From contig QPGO01000005.1 in NCBI GenBank assembly GCA_008632985.1, positions 124,001-188,000 on the forward strand: 64,000 nt of DNA. The letters run 5' to 3'. Position 1 is the stretch's first letter. Each line of letters opens with the position of its first letter. The position numbers and the translations under genes are program-made. The notes beneath the pieces are model-generated. The model saw nothing but the letters and a program-made list of their open reading frames with translations. It searched no databases and was not told where the DNA came from. The DNA is from Psammoneis japonica. Its lineage: Eukaryota. Below, piece by piece: positions 1 to 11,529 of this stretch.

Positions 1-1406
1 CACCGATTCGGCAGGGAGTTCAAGGGATCCAGCATCAACAACTGCAGATGGCTCACCAACAGATTCCACAACAGACATGGTGGACTTGACAGTCAAGGAA
101 TTGGCATCCGCAGGATCCATCCGAGCATCCACAGTGAGTGCACCTGCAACATGAGACACAACAGCAGCATCAGTGTTGCATGCAGCAGACCCAGCAACTG
201 GGCCCAGCTTGGAGGCCTTAAATCCATGAGAGTGCGAAGGATGGGTCACAGATGCAGCAGGAAGCACAACAGCTTTCCCGCATCCGTGAGTGTCACCGGA
301 AGGGGAAGCATCCTGTTGGCCACAAGCTGGCACATCCTTGAGAAGTCCTTTAGGATGGGCAGTGTACAGAACACTGGTCGGAGGCAGAGTCATGTTTGAA
401 TCTTCAGCAGGAGGGTGAACACTCTTCAACGCATTGGTCACAGCTTGCTCAAACTGTTTTGGACCACCAGGTGAATGAGTGGCTGAGGCCTTGGCAAGGT
501 CTTCAGGAGCAGCACCTGCAGTGGCAGCCGGCCGAGGTGAAGAACTTGGAGCAGAAGAGGAATCCGGGAAAGGAGCATCAGACACATCATCCCAACAATC
601 ACAAGATTGAAAACCAGGACGAAAATGGAGATGAACAGTCCCTGCATGTGTCGTCATGGTGTCATGACCTTCCGAGATCGCTTTGATCACAGCCTTCTGA
701 AGAGTGCTGAGGTTCAGACAAACCAGAGAACCTTGAGGAGCAGCCACAAAGAGAGGAGCCTTGTCAAAGATCGGTCTGATTTGTGCAAGATCTGCAGTCA
801 GTGCAGCTTGAGGGATGATGAGGTTCTGAACGATCTCATGACGGAGAACAGCAACAGCATCGTTCTTTGGGCCTTGAGGGGCAAATCCATCCAAAAGATC
901 TTCAAGAGCAGGGTTCTTGTCTGAATGAAGGGTGTTCAGGAAAATGTGTGCATCGGGTGGGCAATCATGCGGTTTGAATTCAACCAGCATCGTCTTGATC
1001 TTGGTCAAATCAACGGCATTTGGGTTTTTGTTCACCATGGTTGCGAGGGAAAAAATCAAATTCCTGTGCAGAGCTCTGGCATGTGTTCTGCGGTGGTCAT
1101 GATGATCACAAATCAAGAGAGAAAAACAGCTGTGACAAAGATGACAATTTCAACAGAGAAACATCACCAAATCACACAAAGAACGTTGCGATGGATGAGC
1201 ACAGAGGAAGAGGAACAGTGTGCTGCTCCTCACAACCTTGCGGGCTAGTGGCATCGGGACAATCTGACGGACATCTAGGACAGATGACAATCGTGTGCCA
1301 GATGAGAAAGAAAGTGAGCAAAGGAGAGATCATCGGATCTCTCCATGCTGTCTGTGCCACTCTGTCTGACACAAGGGAGTGCACTCCCCATCTCGGATGT
1401 CTGTCA
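1..1406 (-). mobile_element. Copia-like small LTR element, copy A (5' part; runs off the window start)
   Basis: Reverse complement aligns to 11530-~12750, with ~200 bp extra at ~190-410. Has a 169-bp LTR at 1238-1406 followed on the minus strand by PBS-like GGTTGTGAG. Confidence 0.85.
1238..1406 (-). repeat. 169-bp 5' LTR of copy A
   Basis: Same length as, and aligns base-for-base to, 11530-11698 and 14197-14365. Confidence 0.9.
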
Positions 1407-3033
1407 CCTTGTTTTTTCCCTCTGAGACTGCAGGGCTCTGCCAGGCAGGGACGACTCAGAAGTGATGAAAGCTGAAGATGAAGGAAACAGGAGATGTGTT
1501 TTCAACCCAGGTGGGTCACTCGGGGACAATGCACAAGGTTTTCTGTGCATTTCTGCGTGACACGCACTTTTTGCACCACAATCGTGTGCAATTTTCAAGC
1601 TCCCACGCGATGCTGTCTTTTTTTCATGCCTCATCCACAAATCGCGCACACCAAAAATGGCACCATGCCGCTGCCATGAACTCGACCATCCTTGCACCAT
1701 CATCCGTGATGACAAAGAAGGCAAGAATGCCAAAAGAGGTCAACAAGACTGAGGTCAATGTGATGATGTGGTTGAAGTTTTGATTTTTGCCGTTTGTCAT
1801 GTCTTGTGGACAGCCTTTTTCCTCATGACATTTTTTATGCCAATTTTTCTCATCCTCAGATTGCAATGCGGCATTCTTCAACATGCAAGGCTCCACTGAC
1901 TTGATGCTTCACACACACAACAATGCACATCTTTGTGGCACGTCAGTGTGATTTTTGTGATGCATGTGTGGGAGGAACTCAAACAGAGCCACAAGCCAAG
2001 AAAGCAAACAAACCTTTGGGTGCAAAAACAGCAGCCCAACTGCAGCAATGAGCATTTCACAGTTCTTCATGCCAATGACACTGGCATGGCACAACCAAGT
2101 CTTCAAGCTGTTCTCTCCAAGACCAAGCAACCCCAGAAGCTGGCTCAAGCTTGGTGCTTCATCATCAAATGACCTTGGCCACCCAACTTGGGAAGCTGGA
2201 AATCCCTGTCCCATGGAAGTTGGGTTTTGCCCCCCCCCAACAAAAAGGCAGTGCTGCTGTTGTTGTGTGTCACTCGCAAGTCAAGTCCCCCCCCCGTTGC
2301 AGCAAAGGAGTTAAAAATGGCTTTTCATGCCCCCCGCACATTGTTGACATGACAAATGCAGAGCGGGACACTGAGAGACACTCAGCCACTCACCTGTGCA
2401 TGCCAAAGCCCTTTCACCACAAGAATTTGAAGATGAGGGTTGCAACTTTGAGAGCTTGGGTGACATTGATGCAAATGACTGGGGCAATTTGCCTGTGAAG
2501 AAGATGCCAGGAGCAGAGGATCAAAATGACCTTGCCATGCTTGGAGGTGATGGGCTTGACAATGATGCAATGGCGTCAGCTCAAAATGTGCACAGAGGCC
2601 AACAAGCTGGTGCACAACCTTCCTTGAAACAGCAGAAGAAAAAGGAAATTGTCCGCTGCTGGCAAGTTGGCCACCTGTGCTGTCAACCCCACCTCTGAGG
2701 CACAAGTGACAGAGAGAACAAGACAGAACCCACACAAAGTTGTGGCTCAAGTCCACAGACTCACAGCCTTTCTGTCAGATGACACCAATGCCAAAAATGT
2801 GCCCCATGGAGGAGATGATTGAAGCAACAAGCTGGTGGGTTTGCTTCTCCCAATGTGGTCAATCACACAAAAATCCTGTGACATTCAAAGATGATGCATC
2901 CTTCCAAAGTGGGCACAGAGTGGAGCTGCTGGCACAGCAACGAGACTTTGCAAAGTGCCCCCACCCAGCAGCATGTGGCCACACACCATGTGGCACGTGG
3001 AGGGGAGACTCAGAGAAGTCCTTTGAAGAGGTG

Positions 3034-3390
3034 TGCACTGTGCTCAAAGAACGAGTGCAAATGAAAGTAGAGCCAAGCATGAAAAAGTGAAAATCATGAG
3101 ATCAAATTTTGCTCTGTGATTTTTTGTTTCTCCGAACGAGTTCTCAATGGCCCAAAGCTTCTGCACTGCTTCTACAGACAAAAGGCCTTTTGGAGAACAA
3201 CAGATTGTCCAGATGCGATTGCTGTTGACACGTGAGATGTCAACATCATCAATCGATCGCATTTGCAATTTTCGACATCCGATCAAAGCTGTGTGATCGT
3301 TCTGTCCTTTGCACGCATCCACAACTGTGGTGCGATTGACGCACAAACAACACACAATTTTGAATGTGCACATGACAGTTGCACACTGCA
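3034..3390 (-). repeat. gypsy 3' LTR
   Basis: Direct repeat of 11125-11495; TG...CA termini; adjacent PPT. Confidence 0.9.
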
Positions 3391-3419
3391 CTCGCCTCCC
3401 CAATTGCACATTAGAGTCA

Positions 3420-3805
3420 TTCGTTAAGTGGAACAATTCAACGGACATTGACAGTGTCAACAATGTCTCCACATCAACTGCATTGTGCCACTGGCAATGA
3501 CTGTTGTTGTTTTACACATGTGGGCCAGCATGGGGCCATTCCATTTTCTGTGAGCCTTTCTCAAGCAGTGTCTTTTCTCCTGTTCTTTACGGTGCATGCA
3601 AGGAGCACATCGAGCATTTTCTTGAGCATTGTTTTTATTTGTGATTTTTTTGTTTTTGCACTGCTGGATGAATTTCCAGTCTGCGACATGTTGGGTGTCA
3701 AATGTCACATCTCTGAAGACCAATTGTCCAGGTGCAGCTTGCGCAGCAGTGTGATGCGCAGAACGCACTGCAAATGCTGCTGCTGATGACATTCCAGCAT
3801 GTCTT
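3420..3805 (-). pseudogene. gypsy integrase C-terminal fragment
   Basis: SAAAFAVRSAHHTAAQAAPGQLVFRDVTF...NKNNAQENAR...GP...GT...TVNVR matches the recalled gypsy integrase tail (AAFAVRSTYHTTLQATPGQLVFGRDM). Confidence 0.85.
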
Positions 3806-6800
3806 TTGAGAGTGCCTTGTTTGTCTCACGCTCCACACATGCATTTGTGGCATGGAGTGGCGCACTTTCCAAAAGTGCAGTGCACAGTGCTCATCTACAT
3901 GCGGACAAACAGCGCCAGACTCTGCGCACCGAACACAACAAGATTTCACTCATTGCGCACGACAACAGCATGGGAAGTCTGTCATGTCGGGTGTGTCGAT
4001 GTCATTGCACTTCTTGCACACAAAAAATGCATCAATCCACTAGAATGTTGCACACGCGAATTGGATGGGATGCAGGATCTTGCAAATCTGGTGAAAAAAT
4101 CGTCCCCCCGTGCTTCACCGTGTTAAAAACCCCGTGCTGATCCTCCACGATGAATGAAAATCCAACTTTTTGTCAAAATCTGTTGTCGCGTGCTCACTTC
4201 AGTGCTTCATCAATGCAACTGACCAAGAAAACACAAAATGCACCCCAAAAAAAGTGAAAAACAACAGCCCCACTGCGGCCAAAGCGTGATTTCAGTGCCA
4301 AGTTGTGCGCGCCAAAAACCCTTTGTCACCAATGGCTCAACCAGCTCCCAAAACAACTCGATCATTGTCATTTGACATTGACACCTCATTTCTTGTCACA
4401 TCAGTTGTTGTCTCAGTGCATCACAACCTCCCAGCCAATGTCGCGGCATCGTTGCCGTGATGTTTGTGTGTGAAGTGAATTCAAACAAACATCTCTATGA
4501 ATTTTGCAGCACATTTTTATTTGCATGTGTTTTGTGCAGATCAGGCATGTGCACCAAATTTTTGAAAGTGCGCCACTCCATTGCGTCGAGCATTCTCTCT
4601 GACATTCTTTTGTTCATGTGAACACAAGGGCCAACTGTCCTGCTGTTCTTTCATGGTGTCGATTGTACACAGCATTTTGCCCAGTGCTCGATGTGTGCTC
4701 TTAATTGGCGTTCACTCACTTGCTTGTGGATTTCGTGCAGTTTGGCGGGCTTGCTTCACATGCCATGTTGCTCTGCTGCACTGCCACGTTTCTTAACTCT
4801 TTGTTCACCACAGCGACATGCGCGCTTTTTTTTTTTTCGTGAAGCGCAATGCAGCGCACCCAACCAGAAGACAACCAACATGGCACGTCGCCGTTTTCCG
4901 AGTCATTGCAACAGACAGTTTCATTGACACGGCAAAGTGCATTGTGATGGCTTGGTTTGGTTTGTTGTTGCATTGGCGTTGTTTTTGCACGTCTTCACTT
5001 GCTGGCTGTCGTGTCGGCATTTCTTGCATCGCGACAGGTGCGACCGACGGTGACAAACAGAATCGGTGTTGTCGTTTTCGTCGTCCGCAGGATGGAATCT
5101 GGTGGAATGTCAAACTGATGGGCAAGCATGCATCACAATGCTGTTGTTCTGTTGCATTGGATTGTCCTCTTTTGCATTTCACATCCCCCCAGCCAACCCT
5201 TGCTTTTCGTGCCACTGTTTTTTGCTTGTCAGTGCAAAATCACGGTCGTTTGTGGCATGGGCATGGTGGACGTGGATGTTGGCAAGCATGTCTCTGTGCT
5301 TGCCTTCAGTTCCCTTGACACTGCCATGGAGGATGCCGATTTGGAGTCCTGGGTGGCTCCCACAGCTGCCAGTTTACCTGCAGTGCCATCAAAAATTTGT
5401 GACTGTTTCATCCGTCACTTCTCATTGCGCCAATCAGATCAAAGAAAACAAGGTGGGACGGAATCTGGTGGAATTTCAAACAAACAGGCAAGCATGAATC
5501 ACAATGCTGTTGTTTTGTTGTGTCAGATTGTCTTTTCCCGCATTTCACATTCCCTCAGCTGACCCTTGCTTTTTGTGCCACTGTTTCTTGCTTTTCATAA
5601 AGACAACAGAAAGGCACGTCGCCGTTCGGAGTCATTGCAATCAACTGCGCCCCGACACCATGCGGGGTGATTGTCAACATGGCAAGGTGCATTCTGATGG
5701 CTTTGACTGGGTTGTTGTTGTGCTTTTGATGCATTTTCAATTCATGGTTTCTCACCGGCTCTTGTCGGCATTTCTTGCATCACAACAGGTGCGACCGACC
5801 GAGGCTGACAGAATCCGCACTGTTGTTTTCGGCATCCTGCTGACAGAATCTGGTGGAATGTCAAACAAGCAGGTGAGCACACAACACTGTTGTTTTGTTG
5901 ATTGGGAAACCCAACAAGGAAACACTGGTTGTTGCAGTTGAGGATTCGAAAGCAGTCCGTCACCTGGCACCTGGCCAGAGGGCCCCACCTTTGACTTCAG
6001 AGACTCGAGTCCTGGAGCCAACTTGAAAGACGAAAGCTCGTGCATGATTGTGAAATGACAAATCCATGCAGCTAAAAATCACAGACCCAACACACTGCAT
6101 GCTGTTTGTTGTTGTTGACAAACCTGCGTTGGTGCGCAGTGCCGAGGCACAAAAAACATGCGTTAGCACGTGATGCCGAGGTGTGACATGAAATGCATTG
6201 AACAGCAAATGACAATGGAAGAGACAACAGCACAAACTTGCTTTAAGTTGAAAAAAGCGTGCATGCAACTGCCGGCATCGCTTTCACCCCCCATCCACAA
6301 TTCAAATCCAACAGTGCCAAACACAACAACCGTTGCCAAAAATGTTCTTTCCAAAGGAAGAGCGACTTCTTGACAGTGGTGTGCATCCTTGCCATTCCTG
6401 TGGCATCAGCACTGACACCTGAATCTGAGTGACAAGCATTGCTGTTACAGTCCACTGCCACGCCATCAACGGCACTGTGCTCTCCATGCAATTCTAACGC
6501 AACAAATGAGCGAAGCCAGAAACACGCGTCAGTGCGTCAGTGTGTGATGCCAAGGCATTGCATGAAATGTGTTGAGTGACAAACAATGACAATGCAAGAG
6601 ACAGCAATGTAACTTGCTTTGGTGCCGAAACAGAAGCTTGCCTGCCTCTCTTTCGCCCCCCTTCTGTTGTTCAAAGCACAACTCACACCTCCTCCAATGT
6701 CTCAAACAGCAGCAACAACAGCAACTTTGTGAATGCAGTCAAATTGCTGCAGCAGAAGAAGCGGCAAGAACAAGAAGCACATCATTGAAATCAAAAATGC

Positions 6801-8760
6801 AATTGGACGATGGAAGACATCACCTGCTGTGGTGATTCTGTCACATCAGCGAAGACAATCACATCATTGCGGCTTTTGGCGTTGGCGCCGATGTGCCTTG
6901 TGTGTGGCGCAGTGTTGTGAAAAAAATGTGCGTCTGCACGACCACGCGAAAAAATCAGTTCCAATCCGTTGCGGCAAACAAAGAGCCAAGCAGTGATTGA
7001 TGATGGTCAAGGACATGACCATTTCATCTTGATGATCAATCCTGCGATGGTTGTGAGTTCCATTGTGGATTTTTTGCACTTCAACCATCTGTCAGTTGGA
7101 CTCCAATCATTGTTTGGACGTTTCTTTTTGACATGCCGGTGTCATTTTGTCACTCCGAAGGCGCTGCTTTCATGCACTGGTGGACAAATGATGTCCATTT
7201 TTCTTTTCTTTTTTCTGAATCTTTTGCACATCTCGTGTGTCGACATGACAAGTCATTCATGTCTTGCCTCATACATTGTGCAGCACAGCCATGCGGGTGT
7301 TCTGAGATTGTCTTTTGCCAGTGTGAAGTGGATGCTGCAATGTCGTGTGCCAATCTGTCACAGAGTTTTTTTCTAACCGTCCTTTCACAAGGCGATTTTG
7401 TCCTCATGACATGAGCATTTTTTGATCTCCCTGGCCTCCACGAAAAGTGTTCGCATGATGTGTCGCGTCCGACAATTTGGAAGGAATGTCTTTGTCCCGT
7501 TTCAACTGCAGGACATTGTTGCAGGATTCAATTTTTTTTATAGCAAGTCGGCTGATCATGTCGATCGACAACATTTCGGGAGACCACGGGAAAACAGGGC
7601 GTCCGCCCAGACGGTGTGCAATTTTACCTTGTTTTCCGTTGAACAGTGTGTAACATAGAAGAGAAGGACATGTGCATTCAACGGTCGGCTGTCGCAAAAA
7701 CTTGCGCGCGCTTTTGCTCGGACGTCTGACGTGCCAGCAGTTCTTTTTTAACGGATCGCCGAAACGCGTGCCGTTCGAGCAGTCATTTTTTACCGGACGG
7801 TAAAAAAATAGCATTGTTTTTTACCGTACGGTAACGGAGACGTTAAACTTTTGCCGTTGAGGCAAATCAAAACCCTCTCGGTTTCAGCATGAGAGCCGAC
7901 GGACGTTTTCCATGCTGACGTTTGTCTTTGAGCGTTCCACATCCTCCGCCCTCCGCCAAGCATCCGATCATCATACGAAGCCCTAAGGGAAGAAAGAAGG
8001 ACTCAGTATAGGCCATGGTGGTTTTTTATGGCATCAGAGAGCGATCGCTGATGCTGTGTGCGAACAGTATTTTTACCGGACGACGCAAAGTTGAGCCGTT
8101 CAAGCTGTTTTTTTTTACCGCACGACTCAACGTCAAGCCGTTCTCGCCAATGTTATTTAGCGAAATCGCCAACACAAACTTTTTTAGCGATTGTTATTAC
8201 TGCCCACATACAAATTCTACATAAGCCCTTTAAAATATATTTAATAACTTCTTTTCACAAATGTCCGAAGAACAACAGCCATTCAATTTTCCCATGCTCT
8301 CCGGAATTTTATAAGTGTTTTCACTATGGACAGAAGTTCTTTTTTCCGTTGTAACGTATAATAAAGAAATTTGTGTATGATAACAACATAGTTTTTGATT
8401 TGATGCGCTCCACATTTTCGGAGACTTTTCGTTCCGTACTTGCACTTTTGCCGTTTGACCTTTATTGAGGTGAATCTGGCTAGCATTGTGCAGGAGATTG
8501 TTGAGACTGCATGTCTCGACAGTGTCAATGTATGACGATGAGTTGTCGCAGTGTTGTTTGCATTTTTCTCGTGTTGCGATTGCTTGAATCGCCTCCGTTT
8601 CCTTTGCAATCGAATGCATGTCGTTGCGCATGGAAGTCTTGACAGTTTATTTCAAGTTAAACAGTGAAGGACTTTCTGTTGTTAACCTTCAAAGCAACTG
8701 TTCTAGTCGTGTAAATGCCGTGTTAAGCTGTTGCTTGCACAGGTGATGTTTTGAAGTCAC
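3806..8760. mobile_element. Unidentified ~5-kb nested insertion(s) replacing gypsy RT C-terminus, RNase H and integrase core
   Basis: Lies between the truncated RT (~8770) and the integrase tail (~3805). No pol similarity; contains internal duplications. Confidence 0.55.
4866..5900. repeat. Diverged internal duplications (periods ~365 and ~735 bp)
   Basis: GAATCTGGTGGAAT(G/T)TCAAAC occurs at ~5095, ~5461 and ~5846; GGCACGTCGCCGTT...GAGTCATTGCAA at ~4882 and ~5613. Confidence 0.8.
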
Positions 8761-8769
8761 TTTTTGTCA

Positions 8770-11048
8770 GGAACAAACGATCATTTACAGTCGTTCCGAC
8801 AACTTCAAACCTGTCATGAGTTCACTCATGTGTTGCATAAAAATGTCTGGGGCTCTGTGGCTTCTCATGGGAAGTCCATGGCACTCATTTTCTCCCCATG
8901 GCATGAGTTTCGTGTTGGCACGACATGTGCTTTTTTTAATTTGATGCGACAGTGTCCCACATTCAAATCGAGCAAGGTTGTACACATGAACCCTTCTGGT
9001 TTCTGAAGCACACTCTGATCATTTGGCAGAGGATGCAGCACACGTGCTGGCCTCTCACTCAGTTCATGAAAGTCGGACAGAAACTGAGCTTCGACCATTT
9101 TTCTGTTTTTTCAAAGGTTGGAGCTGTCCATTCAGAACAGTTTGTTTTCCTTTGGGACTTTTAGCTTGCAGAGCCTTTCAATCTCCTTGCAAGTCGCCTC
9201 CAAGGCTTGTGGAAACAGGAAGCCTTTCGCGTGATGCCTTCGCTGTGAGGTTTTCTGAGGAGAGCCATCGAAAAGAGATTCAAATCTTTTCAAAGGGAAG
9301 ATCAATTGCTTCTGCTCCTCTGGAGTCAGATGAGTTGCCGCAGCTGTCACATTGTTGAGATTGTCAGCGTGACAATGTGAGTCAAGGACCGTTGGCTCCA
9401 TTGTTGACTCCATTCACGACGTCACATTTTTCAATGTGATTGGCACTCAGCTGGAAACATTGGTTTCGAAGAGTGGATCAACAATCTTCACAGATGCAGT
9501 TGCTTCCTCCTTTTTGATTTCTTCATTTGCACAGTCCACTGTGATTTCAAGACTGGACATTGAGTTGCATCTCATGATCATGTCATGTGGACTTGAAGAA
9601 GAATTCTCATTGTCAACATGCACTGTTTGAATGTCATCATGTCTTGAACTCGCATGGTGAGAACTGAATTTGGTGTCCACTGTCAGTCGTAAAGAGCTCA
9701 CCCAAGTTTTTGGTGGCGGATTCTTGTGTTCTCAACTTTTGCACAAATTTGCACAAAATTGTGGTTGACGATGTTCCGTTGTCGACAGGAACACGCAGAT
9801 GCTTTTTTCTCTCCTTTCCCAAGGAAGTGTTCACATGAATGATGACTCCTGGACCAGCGTGGATCATTTCTGCCTTTTTTCTGGGCTTCCTGACATCCAG
9901 CAAAGCATGTAATTTGTGAATGGACCAAAATTGTTCTTTGGATTCACGCTGGATCATCCAATCAAATTGGTGATTTTCTTCACTGAGGGCATCAGAGTCT
10001 GATTCTTTGCCCTTGTGCTCTTTTTCTTTGCTCGAGGAACTCGCTTTGAGTGTTTTTTTTTTTTGAACTGTCTGATCATTCATGACGTTCAACTCTTTTT
10101 TGCGAGTGGCATTTTCGTTGTTGCGACCCCACGTGCGATTGCCATTTGAACGGCGCCGTTTCGGATCACGCTCAATGTGTCCACGGCGTTCTTTCACTGG
10201 TTCATTTTCAGAACAGCTTCAATCCGTGATGTGGGTGTTCTTTTTTCAAAGATTGCACCTTTTGTTCACTTTGGATTGTTCAGGTGCCACATGGGAGACC
10301 ATTTTTGGAACCAAATTTGGAACCATTTTGGTTTTGGAATCAACTCCGCCATCAGAGCCTGATTTGATGTGGTTTGTTGTCACAGACGTCATGAACGACT
10401 TCCAGACGACTCAAAACTCAATCAGCTCGTCAAAGGCAAGTTCCAACAGTTCAGCATTTTGGACAGCAGGCTGATGCTGCCATCCTTGCGGTGCGAGTGA
10501 CAGCTGACAGCTCACAGCTTGGTTTCTCGCTAGATTCAACTTAGAATCGATTGAAGGGTCGCACAGACGCTCTTCATTGACCTCTTGGGTCCAACAGAGG
10601 CTTTCTTGCTGTCAAGCAGCTCTGGTTTCTTCAGATCGTCTTGAAAATGATGACTCTGATTCTGAAGTGCAACCCTTGGAAAGACATGAGACAAGAGACT
10701 CTTGAGGCACTTTCCAACGGTTCCATCTTGCTCTTTGGACTCGAGACTCGTTGATTCGGTCTCACAAAACTCTCCAACAGTCTCTCCTTGCATGCCAGAT
10801 GCATTTCTTGGACCTGATCAACTCAAGACTTGAAATTCTACCCAACCATGACTTGGTGTGGACATTTCAACAATGCTGTGTGCTTGTGGAGTCCTTGGTC
10901 CTGAGGCACTTGGAATGGATTGTGTTGGAATGAATCCTCTTGTCTTGCAGATGAAAAACAGGGTTCCATCTTGAGGTGCTGCTCGGATTGAGCTGCTTCT
11001 GCTCGGAAATAAATTCCAGCAGAACTGGGGCATTTTGTGCCTGCTCAT
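8770..11048 (-). pseudogene. gypsy gag-protease-reverse transcriptase (N-terminal half), heavily mutated
   Basis: Protease-like LRVPVDNGTSSTTIL; RT motifs FLSDFHEL...LHPLP, EGFMCTTLLDLNVGHCRIKL, PWGENECHGLPM...APDIFMQHMSELMTGL. Confidence 0.88.
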
Positions 11049-11124
11049 GGAAGAATTTACAAAGGCACATCAGTTAAAATTTTCATTTTCTGTGTTTTTT
11101 ACCTTCTGCAGTGTGTGTGCACAA

Positions 11125-11495
11125 TGCACTGTGCTCGAAGAACGAGCACAAATGAAAGTAGAATCAAGCATGAAAAAGTGAAAATTGTGAGATTAAATTT
11201 TGCTCTGTGATTTTTGGTTTCTCCGAACAAGTTCTTGATGGCCTGAAGCTTCTGCACTGCTTCTACAGACAAAAGGCCTTTCGGAGAATGTGGTCATGAC
11301 AACAGATTGTCCGGATGTGATTGCCATTGACACGCAAGATTTCAACATCGTCAATCGATCGCATTTGCAATTTTTGACATCCGGTCAACTCTGTGTGATC
11401 GTTCTGTCCTTTGCACGCATCCACGACTGTGGTGCGATTGACGTGCACCAAACAATGTGCAGTTTTGAACATGCATGCAACAGTCGCATGCTGCA
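11125..11495 (-). repeat. gypsy 5' LTR
   Basis: Direct repeat of 3034-3390; followed by TSD GGTG. Confidence 0.9.
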
Positions 11496-11529
11496 GGTGC
11501 CAGTGTGACACACCTGAGGCGACAAGGAC

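Larger units (their letters stand above)
3034..11495 (-). mobile_element. Ty3/gypsy LTR retrotransposon, degenerate, with internal deletion and nested insertion
   Basis: LTRs at 3034-3390 and 11125-11495; 4-bp TSD GGTG (3030-3033 / 11496-11499); PPT GGGGAGGCGAG next to the 3' LTR (3391-3401, minus strand); gag-protease-RT then integrase C-terminus order. Confidence 0.92.
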
